Source: a virus
Virus record (IMG/VR): IMGVR_UViG_3300018426_001942
Span: 87,965 to 151,964 of that record
Strand: one strand, 5' to 3'
DNA: 64,000 nt
Part shown: positions 41,901 to 50,900 of the stretch, in pieces
Layout: every line of letters starts with the position of its first letter
Position numbering within the stretch: position 1 is the stretch's first letter
The notes under the pieces: generated by a model
Databases searched by the model: none
What the model was told of the DNA's origin: nothing
What the model saw: only the letters and a program-made list of their open reading frames with translations
Translations under genes and position numbers: made by a program

Positions 41901-44900
41901 TAGATACTCCTATAATATCGCCAACCTTAAATGAATGTGCTTTATTAAGATAGAAAGTACCTCCAGGATTTGCAGGTAATTCTCGTGCATCAGCACTTGC
42001 ACTAAATGCTTCAATTTTAGTAACTCTTATATCTGTAGTAATATGCTGTACTACATCCCAGTCTCCAGTTTTTCCTGTTATCCATATATAATCATTTGCG
42101 CCTATTCTATCAATATTTGCTGTTAATATATCATTTCTGTCGTTAATTCTGTAAACTACATCACCTTCGTAAACATAACCAGCATCTCTTGTGTATTGAT
42201 TATAAAGATCTACTACTGGAAATGGTTTATGATCGTAGTTTTGAGGCTTTTTATATATGTCACTAGGAGTTAGTTTATAAATAGTGTCGGTATCGTTAGC
42301 CGGTTTACTTAACACAAGCTCTATAGGCTGTGGATTAGTTTTTATTTCTGCTTCGTCAATTAGAAATTCTACTTCTTCAAAGTTATCTGTAGCACCATAT
42401 TGTCCTAACCTAATAGCCCATTCTTCATAAAACTCTAAACTTTCTTTATCTGCGCTTGCTAAAGCATCAAACAGTTTTGTTAAACTATTTTTTGTTCCTT
42501 TATCTTGCAACATGCCTTGATAAAATTTATATTGACTTACATCATCATTAATAATATTTTCAAGATACTTACGTTTTTGATATCCTATTAAATGCTGAGC
42601 ATGTTTTTGCTGTTCAATATCAAAATTATCTGTATCAAGATCATAAAAGTCAGCAAACTGATTAACTTTATATTCAAAGTTTGTTAATAGTTTAGATTCT
42701 GGTCTTTCACTTAATCTTTCCCATTGATTATCGATGAATACTTCTGTGCCACTGATATTGTTAGTTGCTACATAGTAAAATTCTTTGTACTTAATTAGTT
42801 TGCCGATACCATAATCTTTCCAAGGTTCCCAATCTCTTACTTCAGCTTCATCATAAATGAATCCTGGAATATTAAGGCCACCGCTCCAGTTGTCACTTCT
42901 ATACCCTGTAACCTTTATACGTTCTTGTCTATAGCCCGCTTCTTGATCATAAATTACATCACCAAACTCTGTTACGTTGTCTAAAAGAATTACATGTTCT
43001 CGTTGTACTAACGGCAAACGTATACTATAAATGCCATCTGCTGTATTTTTTACAGACAACCCAAAATCATTTTCACTGTCTCGTGCAATGCTACTAAACG
43101 ATCTGTCTAATTTTCTGCCGTCGGCCTTTAATAAACTATAATCATAAAAATCATCAAATATATTATCAACTACATGATAGGGTTTATTAAATTTAATTTG
43201 TTGAGCACCAGGACTAATCGTAAGCACACTTCCTGCGGCCCAATTTTGTGTAGTCCAGAACATAAATTCTTTAACACTAAATGTCCAGTCCTCAACTATT
43301 TCGATATCATTATTATAATATTCAAATATAAATCCTTGTGCTTTTAAATATGCTTCATATCCTAACAAGAAGTCTACAACCGCTTGTACACTATTAAGTT
43401 GAGTTCCATATGATATTGTTTTAACACGGTTAGTAAATTTACGTCTTAGAACACTATCTCTACCGCCTACTTGTGGCAATGCAGCAAGTTTAGACATTTT
43501 ATCATCTGCAAATGTTGTTCCACTAACATGACTTTCTTTCACTCTATAAAAGAAACTATCAAACCTAACATTTTGTCCTTTAATATATTGCTTTCCATTA
43601 TCCCAATCTACAAATGATTCCGATATGCCTCCAACATTGATACTAGGATCTGATTGTGTTTCAATTGCTTCAAAATAATCAAACGAACTTTTAGCCTGAT
43701 CGTATCCTTTTATAATAAATCCGCCAGTTGCTTTTTCAATAACAACACCACTGTAGTTTGCAATAGTTACTGGAGTAGAGGTATTTAAAAATAATTTGTA
43801 GTTTTCTGGTGGAACAAATACATTGCCTTCATTTAGAGGTGTTCTACTATCTAAAATTAATTTAAATTTACTTTTATCAGTAAATCCTCCAACTTTTAAT
43901 GCAAGTTTATTTTTTAGAGTAGTTAATGTATTTTGATATTCGTCATAATTTGTGTTTATATCACTTACAATATAATTGTAAATGTAGTTTACTAATCCAG
44001 AAGTTATGACACGCTGATTATCTGTATATGTATTTGGAAATACCAAATCTCTTAATCTTAAAATAGTATTTGACTCACTGTATACAATGTTGCCTACAGC
44101 ATTTCTTGACATTCTTGATAAATCATAGCCTAGTCCGATTACTTTTGCTGGTTGATTTAATATCCAAGATGTAATTAACGCAAATGGATATTCACTACCA
44201 CGTCTCCATGCTGTTTCAGTAGGTGTTTCGTCGCCAAATGTATATGCATCTCTAGCTCTAATAGCAACATAATTTTTTGCATAGTTGCTATCTAACGGAC
44301 TTAAAAGTTTTCCGTTGGAATCTACTGGAATATGATTTAGTAAACCTGGTCTTTTGTATTTAGAATTTACTACTGTAGGTACGCCAGGTTGGCGAATTAC
44401 ACCATTTTGTAAATCTTCCCATAATACAAAATTGTTGGCTGTGTAGGGTGCCGGCCCGTATACTTCTTCCCACCATTTTGGTTTAATTGTAAAGCCGAGC
44501 ATTTCCCAAGGATGAGTATGAGGACGATCTGTATCATAAGCATCTTTATAAACAGCTCTCCAAAAACCTGGTAATTTTTTACCAGTAGGTGAAGACATAT
44601 TTTTATAATTGTATCTAAATGTAAAAGTGTCTTTATAAAAATCGTTATTGGTATAATTAGGATCGCCTGCGATAACAGTCCATTGTACAAAATCAGATAC
44701 CATGCCTGTATCTATGTTTGCTCTTTCAAATCCTGTGTCTCTATAGTTTCCGCCTACAAAATCATGAATATTAAAAATATCAGGATTATATTCTTGCTTT
44801 AAGTTATTGTAAACTCTTCTTTCAAATTCTAATATTAAATCGTCTCTAAAATCGTCATATGCAAACACAATACTACCGTCGTGTCCTTGAATAACTTTTC

Positions 44901-47900
44901 TAGGTGTTTCATAGGTATCGTCGATAAAAATTTCTGGTTTGTACTTAGGATACAGTCCTAACTTTGTAGGAGTTGCAGGAACAAAACAACCGTCTGTTGT
45001 ATCGTATTCGTATATTTCAAGCTCGTCTCCTACTTGTAAAGTTGTAAGTACTTTTACGAAACCTTCTTGTGTAAACTCGTAATCTGAGCCGTAACAAAGA
45101 GATTTACCATTTAGGTAAACCATTACGCTTCTGTTACTTAATTGGTCTAAGTCAAAGTATTCTGATAATGCAAAAAATTCGCTATCACTTGCTCTTACAA
45201 TATGAGTTGTGCCTTTTGATGCACCATGTGGTATCATATCTGAAAAGTAAAATGGCATACCTTCAGTTTTTTGACTATTAATTTCTGCTATAATGTTATC
45301 AACATGTTGTTTTATTGGACCGTCATATCCTAAATTTTCAGCAACTTGAATAAACAATCTTTTAAACTTTGCGTATTCTAATCTTGCATATTTTAATGCC
45401 TTTATAATGTTTGCGTTTTTATCTGTAAGATGATAACTTGCAAGAGCAATTGGGCCAGTATGTTTAACAAATCTTGTTCCGTTTTTAACAATAAACCCTA
45501 AGTCTCTTAGGTTGCTTGATCCTGGAAAAATGTTTCCATTATAATCAAAGGTATTTTCTATTATTGTACCTACATGGTCATTTACTTCTGCAATAGTAAA
45601 ATCTTTAATATTTTCGTTTAAAGGATTTCTTTCTAAATTATAAGCAAGTTCATAATACCCATTTTGATTAGATGGTGTCTTAGAAAAACATCTTAAAATT
45701 AAAATATCTCCAGTTTTAAGATTATCAGTAAAAGTAATATACGCAATACCATTAATTCTGTTGATAGTATAATGTACTTCTTCTTTCCTAAAGTAACTAT
45801 TAACATAAACTTTTACTTCTAAATCATTTAAGTCACCACTACGGTCAAATACATCTACAGCAAAATCATTAAGTTGATCTTCTACATCATATTGTTTAAT
45901 TACAGCCTGTTTACTAAGTTGATTTGCTTTTTCCCAACCATTTTTACTTTTAAAGTTCGTAATATTACTGTACTGTCTCAAGTAACCCGTTTCTGTATTG
46001 ACTTTAATTTTTTCGTTATCTTGTTCGTATACAAAGGCATCAGTTACTAGCGGAAAATTAAATTGTATATCACCAAAGTTTTCTATAGCTCTGTATGAAA
46101 GAGGGAATCCTAATTCACTGTCGTTAGTACCAGTTCCAATCTTGTAAGCAAAAAGTTCTGTTCCTGCAAATGTTGATGCATTATAAGTTGAAAAACTATT
46201 TCCCATTGTATCAAATACATCGAACTTTGGTTGTTGGTTAACCTTTACTTTTTCTTGTGATGCAACCCACGATGTTCCGTCGAAGTAAAATAATTTACCT
46301 TTGTATATGTCTCCGCTTTTAACTAGAACAGTTTCATTTTCGGTTGGTATTGCATCATCATCTTCAATTAAACTTATTTGCCTTATATTGTCAATTAAAA
46401 TAAATTTAACTTTGTAAATTTTTCCTCTAACAAGACGGTCAGTATCTGCATTAAAAATAACACGCATTCCGTCTGCAAGATTTACATTATCAATATTATA
46501 ACCTGTAGAACCTTCTACTGTACTAAAAGCATCAGTAGTTTTATAATCAATTAAGTCTACATCATGTTTTGCTTGAGTACCATAATTAAATAATTTTAGT
46601 CCTGCATTAAATTCAATAATTGGCCTTGACGCCCTAGCAGATTGATCAATACTAGGAACACTATCATTATATTCTGCTGACTTTTCTATAACATCTCTAT
46701 GGAACCATTTGTTATATCTTGACCATGCATTTCTATCAGGACTAGCTCTATTAATTACAATATAATCTTTTGTTTCTGCAAAGGCACTAGCATTACCAAA
46801 TGGCAATCTATCAAATCCTTCGCTGTCAAATGGTACTAATTTATTTCCGACATAACTGGCAGGAATAACTAAATCTAATTCGTTAATTAATCTAATGCTT
46901 TCGCCTACACCTTCTACAAAAAATTCTTTATCTTTGTAAAACTCAGGAGTTACATTTCCAGCAAATTTTATTTTTAGTCCATTTGATAATGCAACCTTGT
47001 TAGCACTTGTATATTGCTTTTTACCAACAATTTCGTTAACATCTATTGATGTATTTTCAATTATATCAAATACTTTAATATACCCACTTGTGTTTATATC
47101 ACTTTGGCTTACATAATATAATTGATCAGGTGCATTATACGGAACGGTGAATGTAATTTTACCTTGTTCAACATTAACTGGGTCAATTTCATTACCTTCT
47201 AAATCAACGGCTGTAATTCCTTGAACATATAGGCTAGAAATATTTTCAGAATCTCCAGATATAACTTTATAACTTCCGTCATTTTGTTTTTCAAGTGTAA
47301 ACGGAGCATCTGAAAATCTTCTGTTAGTAGAAAACGAAAATGGATGGCCTTGAGTATCAATATCAAATGTATAAGTTTGTCCTCTGTATAATGTTAAAGC
47401 AGGATTAGGTTCAAATCCTGGAGGATCAAATTTATAAACTGTATTGTCATCTTGTACTTCAGTAGTTACTGTGTAAGTACTAGTTTCATCTTCCGACTTG
47501 CCAAAAACTGTTACAGTTTGAGGGCCATTAGGTAGCCAATAGTATTCTCTAAAGTTTGTAAATTTATCAAAACAAATATTAGGGTTCCAAGCATAGTATT
47601 CTTGGCTATTCATTAAACTATGATTAGCATTACTACCATTAAAGTTTTTAATTTGGTTTACATAGTCTGCATAATCAGCATAAAAATTTACATTACCTAA
47701 ATCATCTACAGATACTGTGGCCGGTTCTAATTGCCTATTTTGTCGTTGTACAGTTACATCTTCTATGTAAGTATCATTAAGCCTATGAGCTTTAGAATTT
47801 TTTCTGCCCATATAGCCATTAACTTTTTCTGCTGATCCAGGTTGTACTAACTGATCTAATGTACTAGATAGAATCTTTTTATTTGCTTGCGTTCTAAAAT

Positions 47901-47985
47901 ACTTAGGTAAGAGATCAGTGCTTTTTCTTTTCTCTTGATCGCCTGTTGGCAATGGTGATTCTGTCTGATCGTTATCGTAAGCCAT
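32968..47985 (-). CDS. Giant (5005 aa) multidomain baseplate wedge/virion structural protein
   Basis: Uninterrupted 15-kb ORF directly after the gp6-like gene. Contains FG-GAP-like propeller blades, aromatic CBM-like repeats and GG.GY...P.V.I repeats. Confidence 0.8.
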   Translation of the reverse strand: MAYDNDQTESPLPTGDQEKRKSTDLLPKYFRTQANKKILSSTLDQLVQPGSAEKVNGYMGRKNSKAHRLNDTYIEDVTVQRQNRQLEPATVSVDDLGNVNFYADYADYVNQIKNFNGSNANHSLMNSQEYYAWNPNICFDKFTNFREYYWLPNGPQTVTVFGKSEDETSTYTVTTEVQDDNTVYKFDPPGFEPNPALTLYRGQTYTFDIDTQGHPFSFSTNRRFSDAPFTLEKQNDGSYKVISGDSENISSLYVQGITAVDLEGNEIDPVNVEQGKITFTVPYNAPDQLYYVSQSDINTSGYIKVFDIIENTSIDVNEIVGKKQYTSANKVALSNGLKIKFAGNVTPEFYKDKEFFVEGVGESIRLINELDLVIPASYVGNKLVPFDSEGFDRLPFGNASAFAETKDYIVINRASPDRNAWSRYNKWFHRDVIEKSAEYNDSVPSIDQSARASRPIIEFNAGLKLFNYGTQAKHDVDLIDYKTTDAFSTVEGSTGYNIDNVNLADGMRVIFNADTDRLVRGKIYKVKFILIDNIRQISLIEDDDAIPTENETVLVKSGDIYKGKLFYFDGTSWVASQEKVKVNQQPKFDVFDTMGNSFSTYNASTFAGTELFAYKIGTGTNDSELGFPLSYRAIENFGDIQFNFPLVTDAFVYEQDNEKIKVNTETGYLRQYSNITNFKSKNGWEKANQLSKQAVIKQYDVEDQLNDFAVDVFDRSGDLNDLEVKVYVNSYFRKEEVHYTINRINGIAYITFTDNLKTGDILILRCFSKTPSNQNGYYELAYNLERNPLNENIKDFTIAEVNDHVGTIIENTFDYNGNIFPGSSNLRDLGFIVKNGTRFVKHTGPIALASYHLTDKNANIIKALKYARLEYAKFKRLFIQVAENLGYDGPIKQHVDNIIAEINSQKTEGMPFYFSDMIPHGASKGTTHIVRASDSEFFALSEYFDLDQLSNRSVMVYLNGKSLCYGSDYEFTQEGFVKVLTTLQVGDELEIYEYDTTDGCFVPATPTKLGLYPKYKPEIFIDDTYETPRKVIQGHDGSIVFAYDDFRDDLILEFERRVYNNLKQEYNPDIFNIHDFVGGNYRDTGFERANIDTGMVSDFVQWTVIAGDPNYTNNDFYKDTFTFRYNYKNMSSPTGKKLPGFWRAVYKDAYDTDRPHTHPWEMLGFTIKPKWWEEVYGPAPYTANNFVLWEDLQNGVIRQPGVPTVVNSKYKRPGLLNHIPVDSNGKLLSPLDSNYAKNYVAIRARDAYTFGDETPTETAWRRGSEYPFALITSWILNQPAKVIGLGYDLSRMSRNAVGNIVYSESNTILRLRDLVFPNTYTDNQRVITSGLVNYIYNYIVSDINTNYDEYQNTLTTLKNKLALKVGGFTDKSKFKLILDSRTPLNEGNVFVPPENYKLFLNTSTPVTIANYSGVVIEKATGGFIIKGYDQAKSSFDYFEAIETQSDPSINVGGISESFVDWDNGKQYIKGQNVRFDSFFYRVKESHVSGTTFADDKMSKLAALPQVGGRDSVLRRKFTNRVKTISYGTQLNSVQAVVDFLLGYEAYLKAQGFIFEYYNNDIEIVEDWTFSVKEFMFWTTQNWAAGSVLTISPGAQQIKFNKPYHVVDNIFDDFYDYSLLKADGRKLDRSFSSIARDSENDFGLSVKNTADGIYSIRLPLVQREHVILLDNVTEFGDVIYDQEAGYRQERIKVTGYRSDNWSGGLNIPGFIYDEAEVRDWEPWKDYGIGKLIKYKEFYYVATNNISGTEVFIDNQWERLSERPESKLLTNFEYKVNQFADFYDLDTDNFDIEQQKHAQHLIGYQKRKYLENIINDDVSQYKFYQGMLQDKGTKNSLTKLFDALASADKESLEFYEEWAIRLGQYGATDNFEEVEFLIDEAEIKTNPQPIELVLSKPANDTDTIYKLTPSDIYKKPQNYDHKPFPVVDLYNQYTRDAGYVYEGDVVYRINDRNDILTANIDRIGANDYIWITGKTGDWDVVQHITTDIRVTKIEAFSASADARELPANPGGTFYLNKAHSFKVGDIIGVSNTSTANDAFYIIETVRPTQIDVFASANQSIEALEEVDGYISKLRSVKFDTVKNANYVMEDRVANQQKIWIDGTTKDWLVAERTDAFLDADHYNNPANYDPSSTYEFGSEMTVNSANTRIAIADHSANNNKGKVYTYQRGSNLRNFLYESELDLDTALYPMDDDHRFGASVAMSPDGKFIIVGSSTASGVASSYKGDYSKTSAYSENDIVKFNENYWKSIRTITPESSSVAFSTFDSYTNLERQSDSSLLTLVLQGSPYLPNTETDHLLIAAPFDQYRGTKVKDKLVLNWNFYTNFNRNEGPNTSVELFPTGINSQNVQAQYNEPGGSFIDGEHEIIEKVDSVLLLEPYTDPPEEGDVISTPSGSATVFKTFTRDFKLVIYTKDTNGVFTENGTISNAAGTEIGTYTQPNFNGTSGGIGGWWYINTNGTYVTSDEFTETKDYGVPAYGLVYRDILVYDENTDSYARTIPNFYKNILNDVNGTLFPDRDEPGFIGILSHRGGAYINEDVDGIQNILDPRWLMRVPPTLAGEINQPGDQFRVAIDDQADPVDESLLGIEASYLNDNLHTVIDVWEGYIDFTFTKFQTADIDILSDQDTDVGDFFEPAYEGKVFTDTLGNIVNIGGADGDFIRDEITGARGRVAYYIRRNINQGRVYLKEVTGNFTQGNRLLLETQEGNPPQANLRIMGPINKISLTGSNTGKIAVMERGTPFPAHPESYGGLEQFADLNTFAYVNKEFWIYKENLTEAGAEAQASIPSTSNSDWRLVYNLPVDTSGSTDSKPTNQGVYSIFSSVGSVWTNQGTYTIPGSSTGSNVGKQVAVSQDGDLYRFYVGSKENLTVIKHGTDKYGKTYRFALDINPHYRGPYTPDAIYKTGEIVLYDNQLYSALTFNKNVIPTNLLKWEILGNQVNYLPTLPNDVNIYNDPVFDDLNEQVIDFSKQVKVSENGQILVTSIITDESVDQDNKVLIYRILDDRYVLSQTIVAPVSNTGWGSSLDISENGNIIVIGDPENSEDAYHAGKVYVYAKDGLQYELHQTLSGTKTPAERFGIKVTATNDLIAVSSGAGDIITNTTFDSGETSFDETFTTFPDKKIDSGSVRLYQFIKDAYILGEELDYGGDSTVLQAGRFGDQVLANKNHIYVGIPGDPNVDEVGINPGSWVDYKVAADQKPWTTIRTPNNVVDVNAIKSVYLYNTVTDKLVSYIDYIDPVQGKIAGPAEQELTFKSNIDLARYNVTSLPNFFSETDNWEEKYVGKLWWDLSTAKFFNAYQEDVATQANYWSKLIPNYSVDVYEWVESSIPPDEWDTLADTARGFAQGISGQSKYGVDAYSQKLSYNSATKTFNTKYYFWVKNKLTIPATEDRSLPASEVAKLIGDPRGQGYQFVALLSDNRFVIYNGESLIKDKEVALHVSYYTQDTQEQNRHLEYQLVTEGLETSVPRADLERKWIDSLIGYDDRGRTVPDPELSPADKYGNLNSPRQSWFVNRQEAFKQVIERANIALQETIIVDDFSFDTLNSVDQPPFVTERLYDYKVDTLDEVQFIGTNKIAQATLIPSVHNGVVTDIRIINTGRGYADPTYNIETSTVRHGPSFTVVGKGTGLDFNLEINPLGQINKVNIINGGTGYDENTVITVRPVSIYVENDITVDNKWAIYSWNATSGLWDRKLSSSFDTTAYWKYIDWYAPNTNQFTRIDHRVDESYQLLSANAKIGQIVKIANIGTGGWLLLKRIKNTNSADYTIDYETIGRQNGTIEISSKLYDVVENTVGYDLLGFDNRFFDTEPVTEARKILEALKNDIFVDDLKIKWQELFFASIRYVLSEQQNVDWVYKTSFVKAKHNVGGLTEKINYQNDNLSSYNDYIREVKPYKTNIREYVSSYDKLENTNTVTADFDLPPFYDFSENAIKTKPVKVIDNEIIGVDAFFDEYPAKNWKDNNGFKVVGINIYDGGSKYTFPPTVTITGGGGTGATARAYLGAGKVVKIIVTNPGSGYLSAPTVTISGSGADDSTTAVASAQIGETVVRTLNVQMKFDRVSGEYFILSLPETETFTGTAINDTFQLKYPMNLKRNKVKVTVNGELLLRSQYTFSNIEDKTYTYNRQFGQIQFTTAPELNSIIVVEYEKNPLMLNAQDRINQLYSPTTGMLGKNLGQLMTGVDYGGVEVKSFGFEGTSGWMVDDYGTDTWDSYDNTFEDEVFIADGTTVAVELSKPLEDEIVYNVYLKRAGQAQAIRIDDPLYPNGNNQNALIQTITGDGVTTIINLADNDIELNDGDVFTIRKITSDGSFLPDPDSYDTQLDGGTIDYGNAAGVNADDIILDGDLFVTPLTSQGPEELVAGQVLDSVDITVYERTGEGQGQVYNQNYLTDGSTTEYPLGLLPNSEDAVIVKLGNTIVDKSEYTVDYKNLKITFNNALAQDQILTILTIGVNGQNIIDIGTILTEDGKDIYETQIMWNDRYSIFLRRDGIIPDGPELIARKSDNGFIEFKFSPIAPVAGTRLDYEIYSNNTQINYSKVNKDSIVADGSSTVYNLSIASQYATPAEFFSIVEIDGVIQKPGYSKVLTITNDRIREYTLDTFQVPPSSIVAAQLEVYLNGSKLTQVEDYLINIGTSSIILENNLVSNGDVLSIYLRNSGYNIIGDQVVFETAPAEDAVMNVYTFTNHDVLDIHRISYDVINRSTLTPGSENYSKYHALTAGRILLQQPALGVEYVWVMLNGNMLTPTVDYKLDPNGRIIHLVNEPSENDVVDVIHFTAPISTPTIAWKQFKDILNRTHYKRVDNNQGIELAQDLKYDDLKVVIVENAELLPNPDKRANRPGVIWIDGERIEYFAKTNNELRQLRRGTLGTGAKPVYPVGTKIYGGSIDKNIPYKDETIVWSPVDPVTEGQTEFTLDFVPGSVNEFEVFAAGKRLNKNAIQKFDPTLAIDSPQGDVNTPAEFSVNGNILTLTEPMKENQKLIVIRKVGKLWTDPGTPLKDVQNDIGNFLRGAISELPE

Positions 47986-50900
47986 TAGTAATAACTTCCT
48001 CCACTATTTGGACTAGTTGAACTTACAAAAGAAGTAGAACTAGTTATGCCTACATTGTCTGTGTCGCTAGAAGTTACAACATTACCTGAAGCATTCAGTC
48101 TAGTTGCTGTAATTTCATCTATTAATTCTATGTTTGCTACTGTTGCACTATTGATAAAAATTTCATCCGGTTCACTTCTTATTTCAAACAAACTTCCAAA
48201 TGCTTGTGTAATTTGATTTGGTACAATTACTACACTTACAAGATCAGGAGCAAGTCTGCTCATTATGTATGTTGCCAATTCTTGAAAGTAAAAAGTATCT
48301 CCAAAATCCCAATTTTCTAATGCAAAATATTGATTTATTGCTTCTATGCATCTTGTCTTAATATCGTTGTCATTTAAAACTAAGTCTTTATTTTTAACTA
48401 ACTTAAATGTTGCTTGTAAATCAGTCTTTGCTGTAGAACCAAATAGTTCTTTATATTTTACAGGATGATAAATTACCTCATCACTAATAGATTTTATTTT
48501 GTTTAATTCCCTTCCATAAGTTCTAAATAATTCGTCCGAACTTGGTGGAAGCGGTTTTTGTGAAAGTTGGCCATCAATCCACAATCTATAATTTCTATCA
48601 TATGTCTTAGTAAGCATAAACGTATCAATTAGATTACTTGCACTAGGATCAATTCTGTTATTGCTATCAGCTGTGTGTAAATAATGGAATTTAAGTTTAT
48701 CTCTACCTATAAATGCTTTATAATCACTAATAGTAACTAATTCATTTTGTGATTGATTATACTGTTTGAAGGTATCACTTGACTGTAAGTAAAAAATATC
48801 ACCGTCAGTATATGCACTAAGAGGACCTATACTTGTTTGGTTCAAAAATATCTTAATGTTTGCACTAGTTGCATCTACGTATTTGAAGTCTTCTACTCCT
48901 GTGCCAGTAATATATTTTTCTTGCATGATTAATTTTGTAAGAGGATTTATATCTTCAGCTACGATATGATCAAATAATTCAGGATCGTCAATGATACCAT
49001 CATTATCTCTGTCAGCAAATGTAATTTCTATTTTCTTAGTATCTACATAACCTTCTTTGTCTCTATATGCTTCTAAGATATCAAAAGTAAAATCGCTTGT
49101 AAACGGTGATGTATTATCAGGCTGGGTGTTTATATTCAGTACTGTAATTTTATCTTTTTTAGTTTTTCCTGTTTTATTATTGTACATTGTGTCAGCACTG
49201 TCATAATAAAATTTAATTTCTTTATCGCTTTCAAATACATATTGTAAGCCACGGTAAGTAACTTTGTATGTTTCGCCATTTGTTTCAAATAATATGAGCC
49301 AACTTGCATCAAGGTTACTATTAGTTACATTACCTGAAAAGCCTGTACCAAAACTACTACGCTTATCTATATCCGATGCTTTAATTAGTCGCCAAATTCT
49401 GTTTGTTTGGTCATAACGCAAGCCAAAATCGTTGTAGGCAAATGCCTGGTCAATTATTTCAACTTTTACATCATCAGTAAGACTTTCTGCAAGTCTTGGT
49501 CTCACTTGAACTAGTCTACATCCTGTAGGTATTTTATCACCTAGTGCAATCGCACCTTGTATCTCAGTTAATCCTGGTTGAATACCGTTGCCTGAAACAG
49601 CAACTACTTTTGTCCATTTATACAAACTACTACCTACATGATCAGGAGTACCAGCCATTAAACTTCCATCACTCATAAAATGATATCCTTCAGGTGCTTG
49701 GAATTTAACTGATGTTCCTGCTTCAATATATTTTAAACTGTTAGTAGTAAAAGTTCCTACGTTGTATGCTTCACCGGTGCTCGATTCAAACTGTCCTGTA
49801 AATGTATTTGTGTCTTCACTTACTACTTTCCAAAATACATTCAAATCAAACGTATTAATTTTAGGAAACTTGTCTAGATAAAAATGCTTGACACGCTTGT
49901 TATCAAGAATAGGCTCAATTTGATTTATAATAATGCCTTCGATGTCTGTTTGTGTGTCAAAGTTAAAACTTGTTTTATCAATCGTGTATTCTTTATAAAC
50001 TACACCATCATTGCCATATAAATTTGTATTACTATATTTTCCAGTTGCGTCAACTATATCAAAATATCTAGATATACCACTAGATGTTCTGTTAACACTT
50101 TTAACTTTTACAATTTCTTGACTTACTCCTAAAGGAGCAACGTTGTAATCTTCTCCTGTAATCATTCTATTTTGTGTATAGTATGTTGCAGGCGCATTTT
50201 GTTTAATGCTTAAATTTGTTTCTGTTCTGCTACCGTTAGCTACTGTAGTTTGCAGGCTTAGTGTAATTGTTAAAGTTTGTACTCTACCTTTTTTGCTAAG
50301 ATAAGGAATACTAACAGTAATGTTACTAATTGCTGCTGGTGTTATCACCATATTCCTATTTTCGCTAACTCTATAATAGGCTTTAAAGTTACCTTTTGGT
50401 AGGTTTCCAAACACACCGTCTGAGAAAATTAAGTTAATGCGATCATCGACTCTAGTTAAAACACTGTAAATGTTTCTAATTTTTTTGTTTATACTATTAT
50501 AGATTACATTGTTGCCTTCTACAGCATCTAATTTTGACCACAACTCTGACTCGTTGTTGTTACCGTCTAATTTAAATAACCACACATCAGAATCATTAAT
50601 ATTTTCAGCATCGATACCTACAGTCTGATTCGGTGAAGGTTGTGTAACACTAAATTGTCCGCTTTCTAATCTACCTTGTCTAAAGTGTGCAAAAAATCCT
50701 GTATTACTACTTCCTGGACCTTGTGTATCATTCCTATAAGTAAATGCAAAGTTATTTCCAGGTACAGGTGGCTCTTCAACTAGACTGCCATCTTCTATAT
50801 CCATTGACACAACTTCAAATGGTGTGCTTTTTCCTTCTACAGGTTTTTCAAAACTAAAGACAGGAACATCTGTGTTAACACCGTTTACTCTATATTGATC

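Noticed and set aside
44397-44690. Same-strand alternative-frame ORF in the giant gene (also 36690..36998, 40557..40748, 58658..58876, 22745..23815)
   Set aside because: The hydrophobic or Tyr/Arg/Cys-rich composition is what shifted reading of A/T-ending codons produces. No clear SD-ATG or extended GC3 anomaly was seen, unlike 9495..9731.
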